DNA of 64,000 nt, from assembly GCA_977020255.1 (NCBI GenBank), contig CDROCS010002708.1, positions 248,001 to 312,000 on the forward strand. The letters run 5' to 3'. The position numbers and the translations under genes were made by a program. Shown here one piece after another: positions 12,423 to 25,739 of this stretch; position 1 is the stretch's first letter; every line of letters begins with the position of its first letter. This DNA comes from Obrimoposthia wandeli. Lineage: Eukaryota. The notes under the pieces were generated by a model that did no database searches, was not told the origin of the DNA, and worked only from the letters and a program-made list of their open reading frames with translations.

Positions 12423-12636
12423 ATTGATCGAGGAAGTGGATGAAATACGCGAGGCGGTGGCGATGTTGATGCGGGAGTTACGGGAGTCTGAGACTGCTCT
12501 GCAACATCTGCTCGACAACAAGGCAGTACTGGAGGTCGACCTCAATGTCAAGAACAATACCCTGTTTTTGGATCGTGAGAAGTGTCTCGGGCTACGGAAG
12601 ACCTTCCCTATTTTACCTCGGCTGGCTTTCGGATAA
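12423..12636 (+). CDS. TEKT3: Tektin-3-like terminal coding exon
   Basis: catAG acceptor at 12422. LIEEVDEIREAVAMLMRELRESETALQHLLDNKAVLEVDLNVKNNTLFLDREKCLGLRKTFPILPRLAFG-stop is the typical tektin C-terminus. Confidence 0.93.
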
Positions 12637-14189
12637 AATCGAGCTTCTTATTGTGATGGTGGAAGATTGAGTAAAGTCTTCCATCAATATTGTACTACCA
12701 ATAATACAGTATATATCGTATTAATTTTGTCATCCAACAAATCGGTTGATGTATAATACCATCTTACAACAAATGACGGTATCTGCATTATTTTCAACTA
12801 CACAAATTACCTTCTATTAATGTTGTGCGTGAATATATTTACGCACAGAAACTGATAATCTACATTTAAAATCATTCATTATAATACTTATATTTATATA
12901 AATTTCAGATTTTTTTTCGTTTTTAGTTGTGGGTATGTTCTAAACAAAATAACAATTTTCCAGATACAGTTCTTTGTCGTGACAGTATCATGTACGAACA
13001 TATCGTATAACTCGGATCAAAATATCCAAATGAATTTTTAAAGAAAACTAAAATTATTCCTTTATTGATGATTGTACTAGGGATCCCATGAAAAATAATA
13101 AATAAGACTTATTTATTAATACAAAAATAATTTAACAATATTTAAGCATTGAAAAGATTAACTTGATTTCAATATTAGATAACAAATCAGAAAATAATCT
13201 GTAATTATGATTAAATAATGAAGAATATTGTATATTCAGCGCAAAAGGCGTAAATAAACAAAAAACGTTATTTCGTTATTACGCAACCAAACGTCATGAT
13301 CACAAAAGATCTTCGCAGAAGCATGATTAAACGACTCTAGCTCGTCAGTCCTCATCCGTCCAGCAAGCATACTGGCCCTGCCTAACCGACATCATCGCCA
13401 ACTGATCATTGCTTCGCGGCATTATTTTGTGTGATCCTGGTCGTTCTTCTCATTCTGCATATCTTCTTTATCATTATCTTCAATCTGCTTCTCTTCCCTC
13501 TCCTTCTCTTATTTCAATGAGCTGCAACACCTTTTAATGAAGACAACAAGAAAGGGAACGTACAGGGATATACAGTGCCGCCCATTTACAAACACACTAT
13601 GTTGTAAAGGAACTAAATTTAGAATTCAAGTCTTCTAATGGATGAACAGGTTTTCAGAAGAACAAAATGTTGTCATTTCTACAGTTAGATTTCTTTGGAA
13701 CAAAATTTCATTTTAAGTGTGAATTGATCGAATTCATTAATTATTAGGAAAAACTTTGTAATTACAACAATTAATTCATTTAGCTTCAAGTCACAGAACT
13801 GTGAAGTGAGCGCTGACATCCAGTGTATTCACACATCTTCAACATCTTGGGCAACATGACAGACAAGGCAGAATTCACTGTTTTCTTCGTATTATACGAA
13901 AACAAATGACATGAGGCGTTGTTTGCTATCAGTGACGATATTAATACCAACATTGTAGCTCACGCAGACATCTTTACACTTATTATCAATTTTGACGTTT
14001 ACCAGAACTTTAGTAAACTTTCAATTTTGAACTACATTAGAAAGAAGTTAATGTTTCGATTTTTATTGCACATCTTAATGGTTAGGCATTACTATATTAT
14101 ATGTTTACTTATAAAGTTAAAAGGTGAATTTGAAAATAAAAATTTCAATTTCTTGATGATTTTATAAGATTTTAAGAGCCATATACAAA

Positions 14190-15060
14190 GAATAGAAATA
14201 CATTTATTGCGGATCATGCTGAATCACGAACTTCTTCTTTTGTTTCTTTTTGATGTTGTCCAGATTTTCCTCCATCGATTTAACTGCACTATAGCTTCGC
14301 TCTACTTTGGTCCTTTTGGCGAGCCAGGCCTACATGGTGATAAATTCGATAATATGCAGAGTAAAGCTAAAAATGCAAAGTAAAATAACAATGCCAGAAA
14401 AACAAAATCGACGAGCTCAAAAAATCTGTTTTTACAAAATGAAACCTTACAAATGTCTTATAGTTATTTTATTGAAAACATTAACAATTTTAAAGTCATT
14501 TGAGTAAATTTCATTCTCAATATCTTTATGAATATACCATTTAAGATTGAAAATGAAGATTGTATTCTTATTCAATGAAATTCAATATTGTGGAATGAAT
14601 GTTATGAATTTAAAATACAATATTAGTGTAATTGTTATCAACCGTATGAAAGAAATAAAAACATACATGTTGGTGAAAATATTACTCATTTCAAAAGTTT
14701 TAAAAAACAACATTATCCTCGATTGTATCCTCAATGAAAATCTTACAATGAATTGTCAAATTAATAAAGTGATAAGAACATGCCACAGCCATATCAGAAA
14801 ACCGTCAGAATTATATTCAAATTAAAGAAAAGTGCTAATACAAGTGATAATTTAATGAAGCTCCATTGGTTGTCGATCAATATCATAATTGAATTCAATA
14901 CCCTACTGATTATCAGAAAATATATTCTCTCACAACATCCACTTATTTATAAGAAATTCTCAAATTATCCAATAACAGAGTGATATAGCTAAGATACTAC
15001 CGACATTAATATTACCATATCACTTGATTATAATATGAATCCTATATGAGATTATTGGTC
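14190..15060 (+). mobile_element. LINE ORF2 remnant (C-terminal part of and downstream of the RT)
   Basis: ILDCILNENLTMNCQINKVIRTC and QKTVRIIFKLKKS...LMKLHWLSINIIIEF are typical post-RT LINE motifs. Related decayed copies at about 22.0-22.7, 46.6-47.3 and 48.9-49.3 kb. Confidence 0.6.
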
Positions 15061-15193
15061 CTTATGAGGCTAAAATCCTGTTTTTGTATTAAAATAAAAC
15101 CAAATAATTGTAATATGTTCTTAAATTTTATAACTAGAACAATAAACTACAACAAGAAATATTATTTTAAAATACGAGTAAATTAGTTGTTTA

Positions 15194-15527
15194 TTACGTT
15201 TTAAGCCAATGTTTTTGTATAGCAATTTCAAAACTCCAACACCTTTGACGGTCTTCTGTCCAATTAGAGATTGACCACCTCCTAAGAAACTCAACTGCTT
15301 CTAAACGCAGTCGAAATGAAGTTTTGAAAAACGGGATTGAGTCCCCTTCATCGGTGCTGACAGTAGCGGAAATGAAGAGAATGGTGATACTCCACCTGTT
15401 GGTATCTTGTCTATTGGCAAAAAAACCAAGATGATTCCATTTATAATTATAAATTCTCATCACATCACTCCAAAATTGATAGACATCATTTCCAGGTCGT
15501 AGTGATGGAGAGGCAACATGAAATGAA
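15194..15527 (-). CDS. Unidentified gene, terminal coding exon
   Basis: Acceptor tggtAG at 15528, 334 nt (1+111 codons) to the stop. SFHVASPSLRPGNDVYQFWSDVMRIYNYKW... is in phase with the preceding exon. Confidence 0.7.
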
Positions 15528-15713
15528 CTACCAATCAATCAATTAAAAGAAAAAAAACATTTTTGTATTTATATAAACTGTAATTCGTGAATGTCTAGGA
15601 ATTGAAGTTGTAACAGTTAATTTGAATCACACTGAATACATATGATTTAAAATCGCTTTAAAATTTTGTCACCACCAACTTAAATGATCACCGTGCAGTC
15701 AGCTCCAATTCAC

Positions 15714-15832
15714 TCTATAAACACAATCTGATGTAAAGAGGTGACTTTGCTCTGTTCAATAAGGGTGCAAGAAGAATGCTTTAGCAGCAGTAATTGGTCA
15801 TATTTGATCTCTGAGGTGATCGGCATCATTTG
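15714..15832 (-). CDS. Unidentified gene, internal exon
   Basis: gacAG acceptor and GTgaat donor, phase 0 to 2. QMMPITSEIKYDQLLLLKHSSCTLIEQSKVTSLHQIVFI exactly bridges the phases of its neighbours. Confidence 0.65.
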
Positions 15833-16098
15833 CTGTCCCCCATATACAAAGAACTCATGTTTTGGTTACCTCATTTGTTTACAAATCCAAGAATCAAGAA
15901 TATGCCAGTGATCAAAATTTTAGTTCAGAAACAAATTGTGGGTTACGGACTTATGTTGACAAAATTGAAAATATCGTATTAATTCAGTTATTTGTACATT
16001 TACCAACAGAAAAAAACCATACCCGCCACAATTGTGGCAGAATGATAAATCCCCATTTAGCCAAAATATGACACCAGTTCTGGAAAGTGCAGAGGTAC

Positions 16099-16377
16099 CT
16101 GGTACTGAATTTGGGGCAGCTGCTTGAAGTAGCTGATGAGCTCCTCCTCCTCAGTAAGCTTGAGCAATCGCTCCTTCGTCTTCTGCAGAGTAGCAGTGGC
16201 CTCCAGTAACTTATGAGTGCGGTTAAACTCAGCCTCGCGGTGGCTTCTGTACGACTGGAGTAGTTCCGTCACATCCGGAACTGCCGATTCACTCCACACC
16301 GGCTCGATCCTCTCCAGCCACTCCAAACAGCTCCGACTGGGGTCTCCATCTTCGTCTACATGATCAGCGACCAGTTC
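16099..16377 (-). CDS. Unidentified gene, internal exon
   Basis: Branch point CTGAC plus ctcgcAG acceptor, CAG|GTacct donor. 93 codons, ELVADHVDEDGDPSRSCLEWLER...QIQYQ. Confidence 0.8.
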
Positions 16378-16808
16378 CTGCGAGATTCAGTCAGGCTCTC
16401 CATAGACCACATATTCTTGCTAGAGTGTCATTCATTCCCTTCGTATCATCCTACTTTCCCAGAAATCTTGACTTCCCACTGATGTTGAAATGTCTTCTGA
16501 AGTTAGCCATTTTTTGTAGAAAGAGACATCTTGTTTCCCTTTAGAAATTTAACCGGGCATATGTCAGCACTATTATCAAATTATGGGTTAAATTATTATA
16601 AAATAAAGGGAAACAAATATGTGTTATCTTTATTACCACAAAACAGCGATAACATTCTAAAGTTTATTAGAATCAAACACAACTCTACAATAAAATACAA
16701 AGTTTAAGTTTTCCAATAGAACGAAGCTTCATTACATAAGAATTCTATAATTTCATCCCTTGCCATATTGGATGCTTAATTTATACTCACACATAAAAAA
16801 TATATTAC

Positions 16809-16934
16809 CTTAAACTTTTGGCTGCAGATCTGGATCTCTTCTTCTGTATGTGTCTTATAGATTAGTGTGATCTCGTCGTCCTTCTTCGTATCCGTTCTTT
16901 CCGCCGTCTCAATCAACTCCACGATGCTAGCAAC
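16809..16934 (-). CDS. Unidentified gene, internal exon
   Basis: ttctctcttcgccAG acceptor, AAG|GTaata donor. 42 codons, VASIVELIETAERTDTKKDD...QKFK. Confidence 0.8.
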
Positions 16935-17498
16935 CTGGCGAAGAGAGAAAAGATTCTAGTCAATTCTAAGTAGACCCTCCTAAATACGAAATGACTAAGA
17001 GAAAATGTAGATTGAGCAAAATCTGCTACTTTCCACCTTGAAATATATCCTCTAAATAAATGAGGACTCGATAAAGGCATAGAATTCAGATGTTTATAAT
17101 TTTAAACGTTGTTGTTGCAATCCACCATTCTAGCATTTTACAAATTAAGCAACGCAAATTAAGCACCGAAATTAAGCAACGCAAACTAACTATTGAACAC
17201 GGTATTCACTTTGAAAAGCGATATTGCAAATAACAAATGTTTGAGTGCTGCACAATTCTACTATAAAAATTAAATAAAGATTTTTTATTTATTAATTTTT
17301 TATATATTAAAAAGTTGCCAATGGTTTTTTCAATTTGGAATAATTAGCCATCACACGTATGCCATCATACTATAGAACCGCCAGCCACAACCTAAAATCG
17401 AGAAGATTTGCAATTGGTTTTTAGGTGTCAAAGATTATGAAATATTCCCCAGTGCTAAGCAGATTGCCGGACCATACCAAGTAGTAGGGGTCACATAC

Positions 17499-17766
17499 CA
17501 GCGAGGAACTGAATCTGAGTTGGGTGTCAGTCTGGATCCACTGACCCAGCTCAATGATCAGCTGATCCAGTCGCTCGTGCAGAGCCAGGCCTAACAGTCG
17601 AAGTTGTCGAAGATCACACGCGGCTTCTTCCGTCTTCTGTGAGCCCAGAAGAAAGTCGGTGCTCATGCGTAAGCACTTGCCGAGGACTCTTCTCCGCCAT
17701 GAATCATCATCCACCAGCAAGTCGAAGTGGTCATCGAAACAGCTCGTCTTCAAATACTTCATGAAC
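17499..17766 (-). CDS. Unidentified gene, internal exon
   Basis: gtgaAG acceptor, GTatgt donor. 268 nt, FMKYLKTSCFDDHFDLLVDDDSWRR...RFSSSL. Confidence 0.8.
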
Positions 17767-18284
17767 CTTCACAAATGATGGGACCGCATCATGATTTATT
17801 TTATAATTATTATATCTTTAGTAGAGTGACTTTCCTGCCAACAAGAGTACACGTTCACTAACCCTTGAGTTAACGAGTTCTCCTTAGGTCCATTGTTTCA
17901 AAATAATAAAGACACGCCTAACTTGCGCCTAATTTCAAAACAAAGCTTGAATATTTTAAAATATTTGCCATCCTGTTTGAAAACGCAATAAACAAAATTA
18001 AAGTTGTTTCCTGAGTCCAACGGATTGAAGACATTGCATCAACCTCAATGCAGCCCGCCTCTGACTTCAGAAAATTCTGACTTTGTGCTAAATTAAAAAA
18101 AGAAACTGTGCAACGAAGGAAGAAAAAGTGCAAATCATGCAAGATTATCTAGTGCATAAACCTATCTGAATTCTTCAAATGAGACCTATATCCACGCCGA
18201 ATATTTTTATTCCCCCCATGTTAGTACAATTAACTGGTCGATATTTCGTGCCAGTTGTGTGGGGGAGCTGACACGCACTTGTAC

Positions 18285-18593
18285 TCGATTTGTTGCTTCT
18301 TGCTGGCGCTGGTGCTGCTGTCAGGGTCGGGACGGTGCCACAGTCCACTGCGCCACCACTCCAGCAGGGCACGCAGACAAGCCGCAACAGCCAGACTGTG
18401 CACACTGTTGTGCGCTGCCGCGGCAGGCTCCAAATGCTGCTCCTGGAAGAGCCATTCTGCCGACACCAAGCCAGCACGGAGCCAGTCCTCGGAATCGGAG
18501 AGTTGCTCTAGCAGCATAGTCACTGTCACGGCGTCCAGGAAAACGCCCGTCTCACTCTGCAGTCCAACAAACAGCCTCACAGAATCGTCAAAG
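18285..18593 (-). CDS. Unidentified gene, internal exon
   Basis: ccttcAG acceptor, GTacaa donor. 309 nt, FDDSVRLFVGLQSETG...LAVAACLRALLEWWRSG...QQIE. Phases match both neighbours. Confidence 0.75.
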
Positions 18594-18830
18594 CTGAAGG
18601 TCGAGATTTGAACCCTTTCAAATCTACGAAACGGTCGACATTTTTTAACATATGATAAATATTCGATTTCGAACGTTCTCAAATTGTTGAAATGTTATGA
18701 GAAAAAGGACAAGATTGAAGAATAATATTCCCTAGGGGCTTTTCCGTGCATGTGAGTTTTATTTTGTGAGTTTAAAATACGAACACCAACACACACGTTC
18801 TTTGGCTTTCATTTAATGTATTTATATCAC

Positions 18831-19065
18831 ATGCCACCAGTTATTGCATTCATTTCTGTAAATAGCTGATGGAGACATGTCAGCTCGTGACAGAGTTGTT
18901 CAGTATCACTTGGCACATCAAAATTACGGTAAGCCAGCAACCGTCCTTCGCTGCTACATGAGCTGCAGTAAGTCTCGATTCGGGGAGGGGGAGCAGCTTG
19001 ATCTTGTAGAGGGGTTTTGGAATTAGAAAATGCATTTTCCAGGACACTGGTGTATTTTCTTGAAT
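18831..19065 (-). CDS. Unidentified gene, internal exon (5' boundary uncertain)
   Basis: Open frame SRKYTSVLEN...RLLAYRNFDVPSDTEQLCHELTCLHQLFTEMNAITGG, not the frame called in the ORF track. The GTgata donor at 18830 gives the right phase. Confidence 0.6.
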
Positions 19066-19916
19066 CTTAAAGATACCGGAACCGAGGTCGTATTTTGTGT
19101 AGACACGTATATACAATTAAAGACAAAGAGAAGGACACTTGTAAAGAGATCAGCACAAACAAAGTTTAAAAGACAAATGTAATAACAGCATGAAACACAC
19201 TTTCAAGAAAATACATTTCTTTTCTTTCCTAGTTCCAAATTCCTCCAACCAGGCCCCACCACACGAATTGGGAATTTCTAGAACCTATATAACACATAAA
19301 TATGCAGACGTGGCCACCAATCTCAACATTTCTAAATATGGTTGAAGGGCAATTTTAAAGAAACATTGCTACACTATATTTTATGTATATTTCAGAAGAA
19401 TTTGAGGAACTTTCATCTGATGGAATCAAGCATGTATACTAGTGACTTCCAACACGTATTTACGAGGCCCTGCGCATCTGAGGCCGAACACATAAGTTTG
19501 AATAGGGTTATGACCATTTGTTATGCCATTTTGCTAATCCCACAGATTGCATATCATTGTCTCCGTTCTGTCAGAAGAAACTGTTTATGTTCCTGGTTTC
19601 TGGCCGGGTTTGGAACTCCCTGAAGATAATATAAACTAACTTTCTCTATATCAATAAATGTTGTTTGTCCTAATTTTGATTTGTAAACGTCTTTAGTGTT
19701 CTGCACCAGACGAAACTATCGACAAAGTCCACTTAACATTGACATTAATGAAGAAGTTGACGTTTATGTCTGCATCTGTTTTGCTGGGCTTTCAAGGTTA
19801 TCCATGATTGCGGCACTTGGGTACATTAATGCAACAGGTTTATCACTTTGATAAAAATATAAATTAAGTATTCAAACAAAAATAGCTAAGTTGACATGGA
19901 AAAACAAATCACTTAC

Positions 19917-20031
19917 CCGAGTTCGAATTAATTCGTACAGAAAGTCTATTTCATCCTTCGCCAACAAATTTCTGCCGATAGAGTGGGAAGTGGAATCAAA
20001 AGCACTCAAAGACTCTTGAGTTCTACGGTAG
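19917..20031 (-). CDS. Probable upstream exon of the same unidentified gene
   Basis: ttttcAG acceptor, perfect GTAAGT donor, open frame YRRTQESLSAFDSTSHSIGRNLLAKDEIDFLYELIRTR. Linking exons between 19065 and 19917 could not be resolved. Confidence 0.5.
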
Positions 20032-20104
20032 CTGAAAATAGAAACAAGAATTGATGTCAGAATTTATTACAAGGTAATTAACTGCAAAAGTTGTGTTACT
20101 ATCA

Positions 20105-20485
20105 TAATTTAACCAATTTCACAATTTAACCAATTTCATAATTTAACCAATTTCACAATTTAACCAATTTCCTAATTTAACCAATTTCCTAATTTAACCA
20201 ATTTCATAATTTAACCAATTTCACAATTTAATCAATTTCATAATTTAACCAATTTTACAATTTAACCAATTTCATAATTTAACCAATTTCCTAATTTAAC
20301 CAATTTCACAATTTCCTAATTTAACCAATTTCCTAATTTAACCAATTTCACAATTTAACCAATTTCCTAATTTAACCAATTTCCTAATTTAACCAATTTC
20401 ACAATTTAATCAATTTCATAATTTAACCAATTTCACAATTTAATCAATTTCATAATTTAACCAATTTCATAATTTAACCAATTTC
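20105..20485. repeat. 18-bp minisatellite (AATTTAACCAATTTC + AC/AT/CT + A), about 21 units
   Basis: Directly visible tandem array with three main variants. Confidence 0.95.
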
Positions 20486-21288
20486 GATGAAGTTTGTCGA
20501 GAGAATCCGCAAGACGTAGCTTCTCAGATATCATTTCCTCGAATTCAAACATCATGCACAGAGCAAGGTCAGAAAAATATCCACCAGTTTCTTCCTCTTG
20601 TGAACAATTAAAGAACACCTTGGATAATAACCCTCTTTTTAACAAAAATTTTAAAGCTGAAATATGTTGTGACGGTGAAATTGTGGCGCTGCTATTTTAT
20701 TCTCAAACTTTTGTTGGTAAAATTCAGAGTTTTGAATCAATATGCTATGACGGAACATTTTAAATTGTTCCACAAATTTTTAGTCAGATATTTATTATTT
20801 TTGTAAAATTTGGACCAAGATTTCTACCAGTATTCTTCATTTTAATGAAATCAAAGCTCAGATCAAATTATATGTTGGTAATCAACCAAATCAAAGACAT
20901 GGTTTCAAGTTTTAATCCTTTATCATCCATCGGAGATTTTGAGAGCTCAAGTCTGAAGGCATCCAAGCAATGCTTTTCTCAACTGATTGCACAAGGGTGT
21001 TTTTCCCATTTTCGACAGGCTAACATCCGTAAACTTTGTGAAATGGGCCTCAGGAATTTTTATAAAATTAATAATAAAAAAGCCAACCAGTGGTTCCCAC
21101 TCATCATGGGTCTTCAATGTCTCCCAAGCAGCCAAAATATAGATTTTTATACTCAAATCACTCAGTTTAAGCCAGGAAACACAAGTCAAATTACAAAAAT
21201 TAATATGTATTTAGCTTATTATGAAAGGAATTGGCTGTCAAATACACCAATGACAGACCAAATACACCAAAATCGTGACTGCAGTTAA
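20486..21288 (+). pseudogene. MULE/Mutator DDE transposase remnant
   Basis: MHRARSEKYPP; DGTF*IVPQIFSQI; GDFESSSLKA...GCFSHFRQANIRK. These are MULE motifs (DGTFK, DFE, CxFHxxQ). In-frame stop at 20761-20763. Confidence 0.9.
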
Positions 21289-21979
21289 GGGCAGTTGTAG
21301 AACCTCCATTCACCGAAAGCTTTCGCGTTGAGCAAGAGGTTGAGTATGAGGGTGAAGCAAACGTCTACAGCTACTTCGAGCAAAGCTATGGCTTTTGGTT
21401 GGTTAGGAGACTAAGGAGGTCGTCCTACAACATAGGAAAAGCATAAAATGTTGCAGACTCATCAAAATTGAATTTATACAAAATTCCCATTATTCAAACG
21501 TCCTTCAAAACGATACAGTGAAAGACAATCAGTAAAACATGTACAGAATGACGGATTGTATGACAGAAATATAATAAAATTCAAATTAATTGATATTACC
21601 ATATATATTCCTAAATAAGATACATGTACCATATTTTAATTCGAATGCTTTTGAAGATTTTAAAATATTTTTGAGCGACGAAGCACGACTATTGACAATT
21701 TAAAATGTAATACCAGTTAGAGAAATTACAACTAGAATATTTCAGAATGAGTATTAATTTGACAATAGTTTTTGTATTTAAAGTTAGTCTTCAATTGATA
21801 TCTGAACAATGAAAGTTTTCTTTATAAAAACGAAAAATCTGGTATATCAACTTCTCAAGTCAATATATGAATTTCGTATCTGAATTTGGTTTTAATACAC
21901 CAAATCGAAATGAATATCACCGTTTTAAAGCTGATTGGTGACGGGGTTAGGCTCAGCAATGACACTAAATAATGGCACA

Positions 21980-22690
21980 ATCAACAGGAACTTTTAACTG
22001 AATTTAGATTTCTACTTATTAAAAAGACAGGAAAATGTGAGATATTTAATGCAAAGAACTATTTTGAAACATTTATTGTTAGATGCTAAAGTAATGAACC
22101 TTAAAAATCTTTCCTTTAATGAAGAAAATGAGAGTGCTTCAAAGTAGAGAATCTGACTCTATCAACTATGAAAATGGTATACACGTAAAATTTGCAATGT
22201 TTACTGTGATATTTTTTGTTAAATAGATAATGGAGAAAAATATAAACAATACGAAAGAAAAAGAATACATCGAGACTTGATTTCTAAAATTCTTTACTGA
22301 TTAATATTCCGGTTTATCAATTAAATCACTAAAAGAAAATTTTAACCAAAGCCATCAGAATTATATCGAAGTTAAAGAAAAGAGCTGGTACAAGTGAACA
22401 ATGAATTAAGCTCAATTGGTTGCCGATCAACAACAGAATTGAATACAAGAGTTTACATATTATTAACGTGAATTCTCTCCCAATTCCCGAATAACAGAGT
22501 GAAGGAATCTTAGAATTTTAAGCCTCGAATCTCTGCCGATAAATATAAGAAACAGTGATGTTAAAAAACTCCAAAAGCAGCTGATTACTTTGCTATTCAG
22601 AACATATTACGAAGAATAATGGAAAACAGGAATCCATTTTGAGCAACAAATTAGAAATTAATTAGAAATCAGTGCTATATATTTGTGTTT
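21980..22690 (+). mobile_element. LINE ORF2 3' remnant, paralogous to 14190-15060
   Basis: Nucleotide similarity such as cagaattatat..aa.ttaaagaaaag.gct..tacaagtga...aagctc.attggttg.cgatcaa to 14805-14880. Confidence 0.55.
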
Positions 22691-23529
22691 ATTTGTTAAA
22701 ATAAAATTGAAATCATATATTTTGTCCCTTATATTTACGAGGTCTGGTTCTGTTTTGTAAATCCACGATTTTAAGTGATAAAATTCCAAAAATTGTCTAC
22801 TTAACTTACAAAACACTAAAACTCACTTTTTAATAACTGACTTTGTATAGTCATTGAATGAATCATCTAAATCATCAATACGACACATTAACTACAATGT
22901 AATAAAAATTCTTAATCTAAAATATTTTACAATATCAAAATCAAGTGCCGATACCGGGACATTGTTCTCTAGATCGCTATATACCTTGAGCATCAAATTA
23001 CCTAAAAATAAATATAAAGATTATTTGTTTAAATAACTTACTTGTATCGATTCTAGCTTCAATACCAGATAACCTCTGATCCCATAAACCTTTACAAAAA
23101 AATGAATCCGATAAATAATTTCTTCTATGCCTATTTAATGTGCTTAGCCATTTAGACGGCTTAGAACTTCTAAAAAGTAAATTCATGAAGATATTAATTT
23201 GTAAAATATTTAGTAAACCCAAATAAACAATATAAATTAATTGAAAAATAGTCATAAGACTGGAACTTATTTTATGACAAAATTTCTGAATATTTCAAAT
23301 ATTATACTATTTTTCATTTTAAAATTAAAAAAGAAGTATACAGATTTATGTATTAAAAATTCAATATAACTATAAAATAACTATTAAATACACTATAGAT
23401 TATATTTATAATGTTAAATTTAAAGGATAATATGTCAGACCTTTCAGATAATTTTAATTAGTTTATCGCTTTACGATCGATATTTTAAAGTATGAGCTTC
23501 ATTTCAATATGTAAATTTCATTATCTTTT

Positions 23530-23990
23530 GTTTTGTATAGAAAGTGAGCAAAAGTAAATTAATTCCTAAAAAGTTTTTAAAGTACAATATATTTGAAGTG
23601 CAAAAAGAATCAGACTACTGCTTGTGATAAATTCAAGTTGCATATATCAACGGTGTCTACCATTATGAAGAGAGATTATGAAAAATTAAGATGTCCTGAA
23701 TAGTATATTTAGAGAGAAAAGTTGAATCGACCTTTCTACATGCACATTGCTAGATGATGTCCTTTTAAATTTGTACTCAGATGTTTGAATTCGAAATATA
23801 AGAAAAAAGGCAAGAACTGCTTAAAAAGGCTTATTTTTTGACTGGCAGTTTATGACGAAAACGTTAACCAGATTATTCAACTTCTCAAACAAATTAAGGT
23901 TTATTGATCGATTCAAAAGTTGATGGAATGTAAGTGAATGAAAATTTTGTAATGAGAGTAGTGACTTCATTATATCTACAGTGCAGTATT
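23530..23990 (+). pseudogene. pogo/Tigger (CENP-B-type HTH) transposase N-terminal remnant
   Basis: Frameshifted pieces KFKLHISTVSTIMK, ELLKKAYF and FIDRFKS..WNV...ESSDF resemble the psq-HTH and CENP-B HTH motifs. Confidence 0.55.
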
Positions 23991-24844
23991 GAAAAGACGG
24001 AATCTTGAACGACAAATATTGTTTATTTACTCATAATTCAATTAAGGTGATCAGAACAAATATTAAAGGCTAAAGATTTTATTTTATTTTCCAGCAGAAA
24101 TACAGCTCAGATAAGTATTACAGATTTCTTCAAATGAATATTTTAGTAGTTTGTTACTGATTTGGTCACATTAATAAATTATCTCCACTCACTTTAAACT
24201 TTTAAAGTAGTGAAACAAATAAGAAATCATTTAAAGCTATTGCAAGGATAAAGGTGATTGTTTTAATTAATGTTTTTATAATATTATTCATCTGAATTTA
24301 TAAATATTATTTTTTTATAAATATTATTTTTGTAGTCATGAAAAATTTCTTTGTTGTGGACGCAAATTCAAGAAAATTTTATTATTTATTTTTTGTTGAC
24401 ATTATAAATGAATTTATAATACAGATATATCAAACACCTAAAATTCTAAATAAACTTTTTATTCCCATTTAATTTTAATTAATTTAAAATATAAACGATA
24501 TGTCGAATAACAAAATTTATACAACATATTGGTAAATAATTTTTCTTGATATATGTACACTTTTACTTTATTTATTTACAATTAAATTATAAACAAATTT
24601 ACAAATTTTTTCTTTAAAATAATATTACAAAAAATGATTGTTAATAAAAATATATTTATTAAACATATTTATTTAAATGTCATCATTCATATTTTATTTA
24701 TTTATAGCAAATGAATAAATTTGATTTTAATTATTTTATTATCTTGACTTGACTTTTTTTTTTCCATTTATTACGAAATAACATTATTATATAAATTAAA
24801 ACTTATCATAATTTTGTTAATATTTATTATATCAAATTTTTAGT

Positions 24845-25476
24845 ATCAATTTTATAAAACAATATAATCTTTGTGATAAATGTGATAAAATGTTTTTTTA
24901 TAAAAAACATCAAAAAATATTGACATTAAAATATTTAACTTTTAATTTGTAAGGTTGTTTCAAATTAAAAGTTCCACAATTTTTAAAAGAAGTTGGGGCC
25001 AAATATTTATCACTAAAAACACTACAAAAGATACATTTCTATAAATACATATTATTTAAAGGTTCTATACTTTTCAATATCCATATGATCTTTTTAAATT
25101 AAATCATATTTTATAGGTTAGCATTTAACTATAATTAAAGTTATAAAACATGAAATATCAATTTTATAAAACAATATAATTTTTGTGATAAATGTGATAA
25201 AATATTTTAATTTTTTTTGTAAAAACATCAATAAATATTGACATAAAAATATTTAACTTTTAACTTGTAAGGTTGTTTTAAATTAAAAGTTCCACAATTT
25301 TTAAAAGAAGTTGGGGACAAATATTTAACACTAAAAACACTACAAAAGATACATTTCAATAAATACATATTATTTAAAGCTTCTATACTTTTCAATATCC
25401 ATATGATCTTTTTAAATTAAATGATAGTTTATAGGTTTGTATTTAACTATAATCAAAGTTATAAAACATGAAATAT
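24845..25476. repeat. Direct tandem duplication of about 312 bp of AT-rich DNA
   Basis: atcaatttttataaaacaatataat...aaaacatgaaata occurs at 24845 and 25157 with scattered substitutions. Confidence 0.9.
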
Positions 25477-25739
25477 TAGCAAAGGACTATATCTTAAATA
25501 CTGTATCTTTTTTAAGATTTTTATTATATTGAGTTATGTTTTCTATTGTAAACATAATTCAAAAGTTTCAAATTCCACAAACACAATATATATGCATACA
25601 TGGGGATTTACAAACAAATATTGTTGGTACAATATTAGTGACATGTATTTATAACCTTATGTAAGTTACGAAAAGTACAGTCCTAAATCTTATATCTATT
25701 GTGAAATAAAAACTGTTAAAAAAATGATATATTTTTAAA

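Noticed and set aside
13240-13540. GC-richer minus-strand coding-like fragment (EKEREEKQIEDND...)
   Set aside because: It has stops and frameshifts and no recognisable family, and I could not link it to either neighbouring gene.
18175-18611. Five overlapping ORFs on both strands suggesting overlapping genes
   Set aside because: Shadow ORFs of one GC-rich exon. Only the minus frame 18285-18593 has matching splice sites and phases.
19342-19830. Missing linking exons of the minus-strand gene, or a nested plus-strand gene
   Set aside because: Candidate splice sites exist on both strands, but no combination gave a clean phase-consistent frame by hand.
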